IMG/VR virus record: IMGVR_UViG_2728369591_000003
DNA: 40,367 bases
Strand: one strand, 5' to 3'
DNA from: a virus
Lineage: Duplodnaviria > Heunggongvirae > Uroviricota > Caudoviricetes
Shown: positions 9,905-18,658 of the stretch, piece after piece
Layout: each line of letters opens with the position of its first letter
Position numbering within the stretch: the first letter of the stretch is position 1
Position numbers and translations under genes: made by a program
Notes under the pieces: model-generated
Database searches by the model: none
What the model was told of the DNA's origin: nothing
What the model saw: the letters and a program-made list of their open reading frames with translations, nothing else

Positions 9905-10516
9905 TCAAAGAGAAAAGCTAAAGCCCAGAAGGGAAGCCAAAGAACTTGAGGATTGGTTAAACGTGCTGTGCAATGCGAAGGTCATTGGGAATGACTTAAA
10001 CTCAGTAACCTGATCTCGCGCATAGGTGACATCGCCGGTAGTGACCGGGAATACCGTCATCTCATTTTCCAGTTTGGTTAAGCCGGAAGACAGCAACCGA
10101 TAAATACGCACATTGAGCAAATATTTAGACGGTATATTCCCGGTACCGTCCGGATTGATCACCCGACTTTTTGCCGTCTTAAACCAGTCCAAAACGAGGC
10201 CATCAACGGTATCCCTGACCATCATTGTTATCTGCCCAGGCGAACGCTCCGTTGGTTGAAGGATATTCCCTCCGCCGATTTTAATCGTTTCATATTCGAT
10301 GCTGTAATCGTGGTAGGTAATATCTTTGGCAAAGAAGTCTGCCCCCTCCAGTCCATCAACTTCGACAGAGAACTGCCATCCTTGCGCGAACAGCATTTTG
10401 TTCATGATGATTGACGTCAGCTTACCAACTTCCCGCTCACCAACGCCGGAGCCAAATAATGTCGTCGTTAATGCCGAAGATACATAAGACTTTACTGAAG
10501 CAACATTAAGCCCCAT
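9905..10516 (-). CDS. Putative tail tube protein (203 aa)
   Basis: ATG at 10516 with GGAGG RBS. Size and position two genes upstream of the tape-measure gene; no diagnostic motif seen. Confidence 0.45.
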   Translation of the reverse strand: MGLNVASVKSYVSSALTTTLFGSGVGEREVGKLTSIIMNKMLFAQGWQFSVEVDGLEGADFFAKDITYHDYSIEYETIKIGGGNILQPTERSPGQITMMVRDTVDGLVLDWFKTAKSRVINPDGTGNIPSKYLLNVRIYRLLSSGLTKLENEMTVFPVTTGDVTYARDQVTEFKSFPMTFALHSTFNQSSSSLASLLGFSFSL

Positions 10517-10526
10517 ATCAGCCTCC

Positions 10527-11149
<623 letters not shown>

Positions 11150-11173
11150 GTATGCTCGCAATCGTAGTGATTA

Positions 11174-11713
11174 CTACCACCAACTGCTAGCTTTCTTCTC
11201 TCTAGCTTTTCCTTCGCTTTGCAGTAAATCTTTACTTCCTGTAGAAATATTTCTATTTGCATCAGCCTCAGACTGAATTACATCTGTCTTAGCTGCTCTC
11301 TCCTTCAACTCCTGCTCTATAAAATCGTTTTCTCGCTGGACACGAGCCGCTTTTGCTTGCAGTTCGAGTTTCATGCTTTCGAGTTGCAGCTTGCGAAGCT
11401 CATCCTCATAAGCTTGATCTCGCTTCTTGTCATTTGCTAGCTCGGCTTCTCGTTTCGCTCTACGTTCATTTTCTGCAGCAACACGCTGTTTTTCGCGTGC
11501 AGCAGCGGCAGATGCTGCTTTTTCTCTTCTAATACGTTCAGCTTGTGCTTGTTGGCGAATAAGTTCTTTTCTGGCATCCTCAGCTTGCTGCTCTTTAGCT
11601 CGCCCTTCATTTTCCGCTTGAGCAATAGCAGCAATTTGACTTTGCAACGAGTTAGCCAAGGCAGTGCCTACACTAAACGTAGAAAAGATTAGAAATAAAA
11701 TAATTTTATTCAT
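11174..11713 (-). CDS. Secreted coiled-coil protein (179 aa)
   Basis: N-terminal signal peptide (MNKIILFLIFSTFSVGTALA) followed by a highly charged Ala/Glu/Arg/Lys-rich helical region. Sits where P1 carries the sim locus. Confidence 0.55.
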   Translation of the reverse strand: MNKIILFLIFSTFSVGTALANSLQSQIAAIAQAENEGRAKEQQAEDARKELIRQQAQAERIRREKAASAAAAREKQRVAAENERRAKREAELANDKKRDQAYEDELRKLQLESMKLELQAKAARVQRENDFIEQELKERAAKTDVIQSEADANRNISTGSKDLLQSEGKAREKKASSWW

Positions 11714-11716
11714 AAA

Positions 11717-12238
11717 TTATTTCTTTTCTGGACAAGTAGCATTTGGCTGAATTCGAGTTTCATTATCTTTAGTTGAAATAAGCACAGCAAGCCCCGTTGT
11801 AAACTGGCATGCTTTACCAACTTGAGTTGAAGTGAACACCTTAGTTCCTTCTTTATAAGTCAGTGAAACACCTTCAACAATTGTTTTATCACTAACCAAA
11901 GAACCAGCCGCTGCACCAAGAGCCGCACCACCAGTACCGCCAGCTACAGCACCCAGTGTCGATGTGCCTTTAACATTATAACCGGCAACGCCCCCAGCAA
12001 CAGCTCCCAGTACCGCACCAAATGTCTGTGCCGCTTCTTTATTAGCTTTATTATCAACTTTCACTTTAGCTGGAAGCACAGAGATAATATTGACTGTCTT
12101 TGTTTCCTGCTTCGAATTCAATTGAGCGGTATCATAAACATCGGCAGCATAATCAGCACCGCTAGATTGACACCCAGAAAGAAGAATTGCAGATACAACA
12201 AGAGCGCATAAAGTATACTTTTTAGACATAAGAATCAT
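11717..12238 (-). CDS. Glycine-zipper lipoprotein (173 aa)
   Basis: Lipobox LLSGC after a hydrophobic N-terminus. Glycine-zipper segment GAVLGAVAGGVAGYNVKGTSTLGAVAGGTGGAALGAAAGSL typical of small outer-membrane lipoproteins. Start could be the ATG at 12238 or at 12230. Confidence 0.55.
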   Translation of the reverse strand: MILMSKKYTLCALVVSAILLSGCQSSGADYAADVYDTAQLNSKQETKTVNIISVLPAKVKVDNKANKEAAQTFGAVLGAVAGGVAGYNVKGTSTLGAVAGGTGGAALGAAAGSLVSDKTIVEGVSLTYKEGTKVFTSTQVGKACQFTTGLAVLISTKDNETRIQPNATCPEKK

Positions 12239-12519
12239 TCCAGAAAAACAAAAACCGGCGAGAAGTTACCACGAGAACGGAAAGTAAACAAGAATACTCC
12301 CATTGACTTATATCAATTAATCAACTTTTTATAAGCTATCCCTAACTTATTGTGTATAGCTGAAAAGTCAGAGACAAGTTCACCATCTGCATTATTTCTT
12401 AAGTTAATAGTTTATTGCTAACTTAATTTATGTATCGACTATTGATATCCATCTTAAAGTTACAATATCCCTCTGCATTATTTTTCATCACAAATAATAT
12501 ATCTATTGCACGACACTCA

Positions 12520-12536
12520 TCTGCTCTAATAAATTT
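12520..12536 (+). promoter_or_regulatory. C1-repressor operator-like 17-mer (immI-type operator upstream of icd-ant)
   Basis: TCTGCTCTAATAAATTT matches the P1 C1 operator consensus ATTGCTCTAATAAATTT at 15 of 17 positions, in an AT-rich promoter region upstream of icd and ant. Confidence 0.55.
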
Positions 12537-12851
12537 GTATTTTTAAGTGGCGAATGCTATCTTTTCGCATCATATTGACCTTTTAATCGTTCAGGCTTAT
12601 AGTTCCCGCCGTCGTAGCAAATTCTGCGACCAGGTTTGACAGCCTGAATGATTGTGCGGACAACCGCAGATTTCCGATATTGCGGTATTTTTGTGTCCGT
12701 AAAACCGCGTTACGCCCAAATTATGGTGGGGCGTGATGGGGAGGCTTCGGCCTGCTGGTTTCACAATCGCCAGTCTGTCAACCCTGTCACGTCCTGCCAC
12801 CTGTTTGACAGCGGGTAGCAGGTTGTTAAACCTGATTGTGAGGCCGTAACT

Positions 12852-13073
12852 ATGGTTAATGCCAATCCTTGCGCACGCCAAGAATTCATCTGGCGTTTCT
12901 ATTCCTGTAAAAAACACCACTATCACTTCGTTATCGCAGCAACTGAAGACGAAGCACGCTCTCAATTGCCTGATGGCCCCTGCATTTTTACTGCCCGTTT
13001 TTCAACTAACTCGCGCAATTCACTTAGTTACTGGAACCTCCCCTTCTCTGCCGACGTTCAGGAGGTTTTATGA
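12852..13073 (+). CDS. icd: Icd-like small protein (73 aa), translationally coupled to ant
   Basis: Its stop TGA overlaps the ant ATG (ATGA) just after AGGAGG. Size and position match P1 icd. The alternative frame 12859-13095 is less consistent with this coupling. Confidence 0.45.
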   Translation: MVNANPCARQEFIWRFYSCKKHHYHFVIAATEDEARSQLPDGPCIFTARFSTNSRNSLSYWNLPFSADVQEVL

Positions 13074-14107
13074 AAAAACCTCTCGTCACCCGTAATGACA
13101 TAGCCGAAGCGATCGCCCTGCATACTGCCTGTATGCCGACACGGGAGATCCCCGGCGCAATTGCCAACTATTTCATGATAACCAGGCGTTTTTATACCCG
13201 AACAGATAAGGCTGTGATCAACAGGCTACTGATAGCCGAGATCAGGGATTATTTGATTGAACAAGGACGTCTACGTTACGCAACGGTGGCAGCAGAAATG
13301 AGAAAGGAGGCGCGCAGAATGACCGGTAATAATTTGAATGTTGAAAAACCAGCACCTGTTGCTTTAGCTACGCCATCACCAACTGTGAATGTTATCTCCA
13401 ACACTGGAGACACAATCGACAGCCAGACACTGTTAAAGATGGTCAATGAAGCGCGTAAGTTATGTGGGGAACCAGAGGTTCGGAACAACAAATTCATCGA
13501 AAAAATACTCGATGAGCTTGATGGTGAGCACTACACAAAAAGTGTAGTGGAAAAAATGAACAAAACATCAATGCTTGTCATAACCATGACCTACAAACAA
13601 GCCCTGCGAGTCGCCGCGCGCGAATCAAAAGCTGTCCGCCGTTCGCTGATCGACAAACTGGAAGAATTGCAGCAGGCAAACTCCCCTACCCCATCGATCC
13701 CCCAAACATTACCAGAAGCCCTACGCCTGGCTGCCGAGTTGGCAGAACAGAAAATGCATCTGGAACAACAGCTGGTGGCCGCAGCACCTAAAGTCGATTT
13801 TGCCGACCGGGTATCAGTGGCTAATGGAATCCTGATCGGTAACTTTGCAAAGGTCGTTGGACTTAAGCAAAACGCCCTTTTCTCATGGTTGCGCCAGAAC
13901 GGCATTCTCATGGCTTTTGGTGCGCGCAAAAACGTACCGCGCCAGCAGTACATTAACGCCGGGTATTTCACGGTGAAAGAAGTGGTGCTGGATGATGAAA
14001 ATGGCTATCAGATACGGCTGACGCCCCAATTAACGGGTAAAGGCCAGCAGTGGTTAACTCGCAAGCTACTTGATGCTGGTTTGTTAAAACCAGTAGCAAT
14101 AGGTTAA
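13070..14107 (+). CDS. ant: Antirepressor Ant (345 aa) with C-terminal KilAC/ANT domain
   Basis: ATG at 13070 with AGGAGG RBS. C-terminal ~130 aa (QTLPEALRLAAELAEQK...GKGQQWLTRKLLDAGLL) is homologous to the C-terminus of the next gene and matches the phage antirepressor domain. Follows an operator and icd as in the P1 immI operon. Confidence 0.7.
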   Translation: MKKPLVTRNDIAEAIALHTACMPTREIPGAIANYFMITRRFYTRTDKAVINRLLIAEIRDYLIEQGRLRYATVAAEMRKEARRMTGNNLNVEKPAPVALATPSPTVNVISNTGDTIDSQTLLKMVNEARKLCGEPEVRNNKFIEKILDELDGEHYTKSVVEKMNKTSMLVITMTYKQALRVAARESKAVRRSLIDKLEELQQANSPTPSIPQTLPEALRLAAELAEQKMHLEQQLVAAAPKVDFADRVSVANGILIGNFAKVVGLKQNALFSWLRQNGILMAFGARKNVPRQQYINAGYFTVKEVVLDDENGYQIRLTPQLTGKGQQWLTRKLLDAGLLKPVAIG

Positions 14108-14119
14108 CAAAAGAAAAAA

Positions 14120-14142
14120 CCTGCCAGCAAACTGGCAGGTTT
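14120..14142 (+). terminator. Rho-independent terminator after ant
   Basis: CCTGCCAG caaa CTGGCAGG followed by TTTC, 13 nt after the ant stop. Confidence 0.6.
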
Positions 14143-14184
14143 CTGAGCAGATCATCCAACCCGATCTGGATCGAGTTAGAAAAA

Positions 14185-14201
14185 TTTGCTCTAATAAATT
14201 T
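14185..14201 (+). promoter_or_regulatory. C1-repressor operator-like 17-mer upstream of kilA-repL
   Basis: TTTGCTCTAATAAATTT, 16 of 17 matches to the consensus, about 70 bp upstream of kilA. Confidence 0.6.
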
Positions 14202-14270
14202 CGTTTTCTAAGTGCAAAGAATCACCATTTCGAGCTGGTGATTGAAGGTTGATGCAAATTTGGAGAAAAA

Positions 14271-15071
14271 ATGCAACAAACATTCAATGCGGATATGAAT
14301 ATATCAAACCTTCATCAAAATGTCGATCCTTCAACCACTCTGCCTGTTATTTGTGGTGTTGAAATTACGACCGACCGCGCTGGCCGTTACAACCTTAATG
14401 CTCTACACAGAGCGAGCGGACTCGGTGCCCATAAAGCGCCAGCTCAATGGCTAAGAACGCTGTCAGCCAAACAGCTCATCGAAGAGCTTGAAAAAGAAAC
14501 TATGCAGAATTGCATAGTTTCGTTCGAAGGCCGTGGCGGCGGCACTTTTGCCCATGAATTGCTCGCTGTGGAGTACGCAGGCTGGATTTCTCCCGCGTTT
14601 CGGCTGAAGGTAAACCAGACATTTATCGACTATCGAGCCGGAAGATTACAACCTGCTATTCCGCAGAGTCTCCCTGAAGCTCTCCGTTTGGCTGCCGACC
14701 TGGCAGAGCAAAAGCAACGGCTGGAGCAAAAAATGCTTATGGATGCACCTAAAGTCGAATTCGCCGAACGCGTTGCTACCGCCAGCGGGGTTCTAATCGG
14801 CAACTATGCCAAAGTGCTCGGCCTGGGCCAAAACTATCTCTTCACCTGGTTGCGTGATAACGGAATTCTGATCGCAACCGGTGAACGCAGGAACGTCCCC
14901 AAACAAGAATACATATCCCGTGGGTATTTCACCCTTAAAGAAACCGTGATCGATACAAGCAATGGAAGCAGGATTTCTTTCACGACTCGTATAACCGGCA
15001 AAGGTCAGCAGTGGCTGATGAAGCGATTGCTTGATGCTGGTGTGCTGGTACCTGTCGCGGCAACGCGCTAA
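14271..15071 (+). CDS. kilA: KilA (266 aa): KilA-N domain plus C-terminal KilAC/ANT domain
   Basis: ATG at 14271 with GGAG RBS. C-terminal domain QSLPEALRLAADLAEQK...GKGQQWLMKRLLDAGVL is paralogous to the Ant C-terminus. Size matches P1 KilA as I recall it, and it sits directly upstream of repL. Confidence 0.7.
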   Translation: MQQTFNADMNISNLHQNVDPSTTLPVICGVEITTDRAGRYNLNALHRASGLGAHKAPAQWLRTLSAKQLIEELEKETMQNCIVSFEGRGGGTFAHELLAVEYAGWISPAFRLKVNQTFIDYRAGRLQPAIPQSLPEALRLAADLAEQKQRLEQKMLMDAPKVEFAERVATASGVLIGNYAKVLGLGQNYLFTWLRDNGILIATGERRNVPKQEYISRGYFTLKETVIDTSNGSRISFTTRITGKGQQWLMKRLLDAGVLVPVAATR

Positions 15072-15100
15072 CAGACGTAGTAAGAACCACCAGCATTGTA

Positions 15101-15946
15101 ATGCTGGCTAAAGTCACTTTCCTGAGCTGTATAACGATGAGCGATTTTACTTTTTCTGGCTATGAATTGGCCTGCTTTGTAACACACTCCGGTCTATCCC
15201 GTAGCGCCGGGCATATCCTGTCGCAATGTGCAAATCTCGCGGCAACAACCAGTGAATACTTCATTCACAAGCCTCACCGCCTGATCGCGGCAGAAACTGG
15301 TTATAGCCAATCAACCGTCGTTCGTGCATTCCGTGAAGCTGTAAACAAAGGAATTCTGTCTGTAGAGATTGTTATCGGCGATCACCGTGAACGTCGCGCT
15401 AACCTGTACCGGTTTACGCCATCCTTTTTGGCCTTCGCACAACAAGCCAAAAATGCGCTGATTGAAAGCAAATTAAAGATCTCTTCAGCGGCAACCAAGG
15501 TTAAAGCTGTTCTCGCTAAGACATTGGCTTTATTTAATTTTTTATCCACACCCCCATGTCAAAATGATACCCCCTCCCCCTGTCAGGATGACGTGGCAAT
15601 AAAGAATAAGAAGTCACAAGTTAAAAAAACAAAAAGATCAGTTTCCGGCGGTGCCGGAACGACCAGACTCAAAAAATTGACTTCATGGATCGCTGAGGCA
15701 AAAGCAAAGGCTGACAATCTGCGGTTATCCAAAAAACGCGCTCAAAAACATGAGTTCAAGCAGAAAGTAGAGGCGGCAGCGCGGAAATATGCTTACCTGA
15801 AGAACAAGCGTTCTCCTGATATTGGCGGGGTATCAAACTTCGATAATCTGCCGCATTGCATGACGGTAAACGAAGCTCTTAATGCGGTTTTAGCCAAAAA
15901 TAAAGATAACGAACAATGGGGTATACCTGCAGGATTCAGAGGGTGA
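15101..15946 (+). CDS. repL: RepL-like lytic replication initiator (281 aa)
   Basis: Follows kilA in one operon under a C1 operator, as in P1; length matches. Basic Lys-rich C-terminal half. Alternative start at 15137 possible. Confidence 0.55.
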   Translation: MLAKVTFLSCITMSDFTFSGYELACFVTHSGLSRSAGHILSQCANLAATTSEYFIHKPHRLIAAETGYSQSTVVRAFREAVNKGILSVEIVIGDHRERRANLYRFTPSFLAFAQQAKNALIESKLKISSAATKVKAVLAKTLALFNFLSTPPCQNDTPSPCQDDVAIKNKKSQVKKTKRSVSGGAGTTRLKKLTSWIAEAKAKADNLRLSKKRAQKHEFKQKVEAAARKYAYLKNKRSPDIGGVSNFDNLPHCMTVNEALNAVLAKNKDNEQWGIPAGFRG

Positions 15947-15996
15947 TAGATTGCTCTAATCTGGAGTCACCTGGCGTTTTCAGTTTGAGGTCGGAG

Positions 15997-16242
15997 ATGC
16001 AATCTGATTTTTTACAGTTAGCGATCGCTTTTGCAGGATATGTTTGTATTGGCTTCTGTGTATACATGATCAGCCGAAAAATGCTTGTCGATATCGACCG
16101 CAAAGAACAAGCAGAGGAGATCTTAGTATGGATTTTCTTTGGCGCGGTCTGGCCATTAGGGATCATGTTTGCTGCAACATTTCTTCTGATGTGGATATTC
16201 ACCCTTCCAGGTGATTTCTATAGAAAAAAAGCCAGACATTGA
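15997..16242 (+). CDS. Small membrane protein (81 aa, two predicted TM helices)
   Basis: ATG at 15997 preceded by GAGG/GGAG. Hydrophobic stretches LAIAFAGYVCIGFCVYMI and ILVWIFFGAVWPLGIMFAATFLLMWIF. The longer track ORF from 15916 overlaps the repL 3' end. Confidence 0.45.
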   Translation: MQSDFLQLAIAFAGYVCIGFCVYMISRKMLVDIDRKEQAEEILVWIFFGAVWPLGIMFAATFLLMWIFTLPGDFYRKKARH

Positions 16243-16365
16243 TACAATCGTTGCGGGTGCTTGAGGCTATCTGCTTCAGGCATTACCCGAAAAGCAGATA
16301 GAAGAAAGCCCCAGATAACATTACGCGTCCTGCAAGACGCTTAACATTAATCTGAGGCAATATCT

Positions 16366-16572
16366 ATGCTTAGCATACGTAGATTAGCCTCTTACCGACC
16401 AAAAGGTCAAGGAGAAGCAGGCTATGAAGCAGCAAAAAGCGATGTTAATCGCTCTGATCGTCATCTGTTTAACCGTCATTGTGACGGCACTGGTAACGAG
16501 GAAAGACCTCTGCGAGGTACGAATCCGAACCGGCCAGACGGAGGTCACTGTCTTCACAGCCTACGAATCTGA
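16366..16572 (+). CDS. mok: Mok-like overlapping reading frame (modulator of hok translation)
   Basis: 68-codon ORF in a different frame, starting 58 nt upstream of hok and overlapping almost all of it, the arrangement seen in hok/mok/sok loci. Confidence 0.35.
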   Translation: MLSIRRLASYRPKGQGEAGYEAAKSDVNRSDRHLFNRHCDGTGNEERPLRGTNPNRPDGGHCLHSLRI

Positions 16573-16579
16573 AAGGTAA
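16424..16579 (+). CDS. hok: Hok/Gef-family type I toxin (51 aa)
   Basis: Translation MKQQKAMLIALIVICLTVIVTALVTRKDLCEVRIRTGQTEVTVFTAYESER aligns along its full length with plasmid R1 Hok (..[26 protein letters not shown]..). Not in the ORF track because it is shorter than 60 aa. Confidence 0.85.
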   Translation: MKQQKAMLIALIVICLTVIVTALVTRKDLCEVRIRTGQTEVTVFTAYESER

Positions 16580-16654
16580 GAGACCTGGCGGGGAGAGATC
16601 CTCGCCACTCTTCGTGTGTCAGGTATCCTCAATGCACCCTTTCCTCTCCAAATA

Positions 16655-16680
16655 AAAAAGCTCCCGAAGGAGCTTTAAAA
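16655..16680. terminator. Bidirectional rho-independent terminator between hok and the convergent late operon
   Basis: AAAAAAGCTCC cgaa GGAGCTTT: a GC stem flanked by an A-run on one side and T-rich sequence on the other. Confidence 0.6.
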
Positions 16681-16695
16681 TACAAGGGATGACTC

Positions 16696-17205
16696 TTAAT
16701 CCCACTCAATCCAGTTGTAGACGATACGAAGTGACGGGCGCACAGCGGCAGTCACATCTTCGGTACTAAAGTCGATTGCATCACTGTAGATTTTGCAGTC
16801 CAACATTTCAATTGTTGTAGCAGCTTTTGTCACAGCGTTAACCCCGGAAGATTTGGATTCAGGGGTCGCAGCCATCGTGATATCAACATAGTCCTTCGCC
16901 GCAATGCGATCTTTAATGAACTGAAGAATATCGCCTTCGATAGTCTCCACGCACTGGACCTGGATTTCCCCAGAGTTTCGAATTGGACCGTGCTGGTTGA
17001 ACTTCACACCATTCGGACCATAGTCCTCCACATCCTCGCGGGTCATTTCAGGAATTTGCGACGTGCGAACCAGTACGCTGATATCTTCATGGCCTGCAAA
17101 AGTGAGCTGGAATTCAGAAGATACCAGTCGTTCGCCTTTGGCCGCGTTGGCAGTATAGCGGCCCTTAATAAATTTACGGTTTCCCTTAGTGTTATTGTGC
17201 CCCAT
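16696..17205 (-). CDS. Phage tail/baseplate protein (169 aa)
   Basis: ATG at 17205 with AAGGA RBS; last gene of the minus-strand late operon that contains the sheath gene. Confidence 0.5.
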   Translation of the reverse strand: MGHNNTKGNRKFIKGRYTANAAKGERLVSSEFQLTFAGHEDISVLVRTSQIPEMTREDVEDYGPNGVKFNQHGPIRNSGEIQVQCVETIEGDILQFIKDRIAAKDYVDITMAATPESKSSGVNAVTKAATTIEMLDCKIYSDAIDFSTEDVTAAVRPSLRIVYNWIEWD

Positions 17206-17216
17206 ATAAAATCCTT

Positions 17217-17798
17217 TTACTGGAACGCCCGAACAATATCGGAGCTGTTATATATCGAAGAACCGGTCAACTGGAGGTTGACGGTGTTTTTCAGGAAATG
17301 CCCATTGCTGTCCCTGGGCGCATCGAGATCGAAACTTATGTCCTGGATAGCGACATCAATGATGTTGATCCGGCGACCAATGTTTAGCGTCACACGCTCC
17401 GGGATTCGACCACCAATGCTGGCATCTTTAAGTTCCGGGCTAATCATCGCTGACAATGCGGCGATAGCTCCTGAAACCTCAGTGAATGGGTCAAACAAAG
17501 CGATGAAAGTTACTGGCAGCGTGAAAGTCGGCGGTGTTCCCCCCTCCCAAACCATTAAGCTGTTCCAACGGGCCACCGACGTTGTTTCAGTACCAACCTG
17601 CGCAAAACCACTGAAAGCACCAGCAACAGACCCCATGGACATACCGGTAAACGGCGCTTCCCAATTCTGGGCCATGTTCATTGCTGCCCCCTGGCTGATA
17701 TATCCGGTAACCTGGTACTGAGAGTTCGTTAAAGTAACTTTCAGAAATGGCGATACACCGTCAGCCTGGCTGTAAACCCCATAAGGTATAGGTGCCAT
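17217..17798 (-). CDS. Phage late structural protein (193 aa)
   Basis: ATG at 17798; tightly packed within the late operon. No diagnostic motif. Confidence 0.5.
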   Translation of the reverse strand: MAPIPYGVYSQADGVSPFLKVTLTNSQYQVTGYISQGAAMNMAQNWEAPFTGMSMGSVAGAFSGFAQVGTETTSVARWNSLMVWEGGTPPTFTLPVTFIALFDPFTEVSGAIAALSAMISPELKDASIGGRIPERVTLNIGRRINIIDVAIQDISFDLDAPRDSNGHFLKNTVNLQLTGSSIYNSSDIVRAFQ

Positions 17799-17833
17799 TC
17801 AAGTTAAAGGCCGGAGTTCTCCGGCCTCCTCCT

Positions 17834-18649
17834 TTAGCCAAGGCGCTTACGGCGCAGTTTCATTGACTTTTTGCGGGCAAGTTTTGCCGCGCCGGTCTGG
17901 GCTTTTCGACGCGCTTTTTTCAGCGCCGATTTTTGAGCCGCAGTCAGACGTTTTTTACGCAGGCGTTTACGGATGAGTTTGATCTCACCGTTACGAACAA
18001 CCTTCTTAAATGCTTCAGTCAGCATTTCATCAGAAGTGCCAGCAACAACAAACGCCGCTTCCAGTTCGTCGCGGTCGTCGCTATCTAAACCAGCGATAGA
18101 GGCACCAACATCAGCAGCTGCGTCGTCGTCTTCATCGTCAGCCAGTGCTTCGATCAGGTCATCATCTACACCGCATGCTGCGAGGAAGTCAGCAACATTT
18201 GCCCATGCTTCGTTATAGGCATCGTCCTGTTCTTCTGTAACTTCGGAGTCGTCGTCATCAGAGATACCAGCGATAGCCTGAACGAAACCATCAAGGGAGT
18301 CGAAAGTCAGATCACCGCTATCAGCCCAGGAGAAAACGGCGTCGGCCGCATCACTCAACGCATTCTGCATAGCACTTCGATTTGCAGCTTCCAGAATCAT
18401 CTGGTGCGCCTGTTCGACGGTCCATTCTTTACCGTCTTTCCCTTCCAGGATTTGCTCTGGAGCCGGGGCAGATGGAACGTTATCGTTAGTCTGTGCCGCC
18501 GGTTCCGGATTATTATTAATAACCGGATCTGTTGGCGGTTCGGCGCTTGCTCGGGCAGACTCCATCAGCTGCACAGGATCAGAGTTCAAAGCGAAACGGG
18601 ACAGTCCATTCCCCAAAAATGCCCCGGATTGAAAAAAGTTTTTGCTCAT
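17834..18649 (-). CDS. Late protein (271 aa) with a strongly acidic central region and a very basic C-terminal tail
   Basis: ATG at 18649. Asp/Glu-rich centre (DDDSEVTEEQDD...DDEDDDAAAD) followed by KR-rich LIRKRLRKKRL...RRKAQ...RKKSMKLRRKRLG. The composition suggests a scaffolding or nucleic-acid-binding internal protein. Confidence 0.5.
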   Translation of the reverse strand: MSKNFFQSGAFLGNGLSRFALNSDPVQLMESARASAEPPTDPVINNNPEPAAQTNDNVPSAPAPEQILEGKDGKEWTVEQAHQMILEAANRSAMQNALSDAADAVFSWADSGDLTFDSLDGFVQAIAGISDDDDSEVTEEQDDAYNEAWANVADFLAACGVDDDLIEALADDEDDDAAADVGASIAGLDSDDRDELEAAFVVAGTSDEMLTEAFKKVVRNGEIKLIRKRLRKKRLTAAQKSALKKARRKAQTGAAKLARKKSMKLRRKRLG

Positions 18650-18658
18650 TGTATTCCC

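Noticed and set aside
12597-12965. Minus-strand ORF of 122 aa
   Set aside because: Antisense to the icd leader region, with no RBS or context. The region is better explained by the immI promoter and c4-like RNA.
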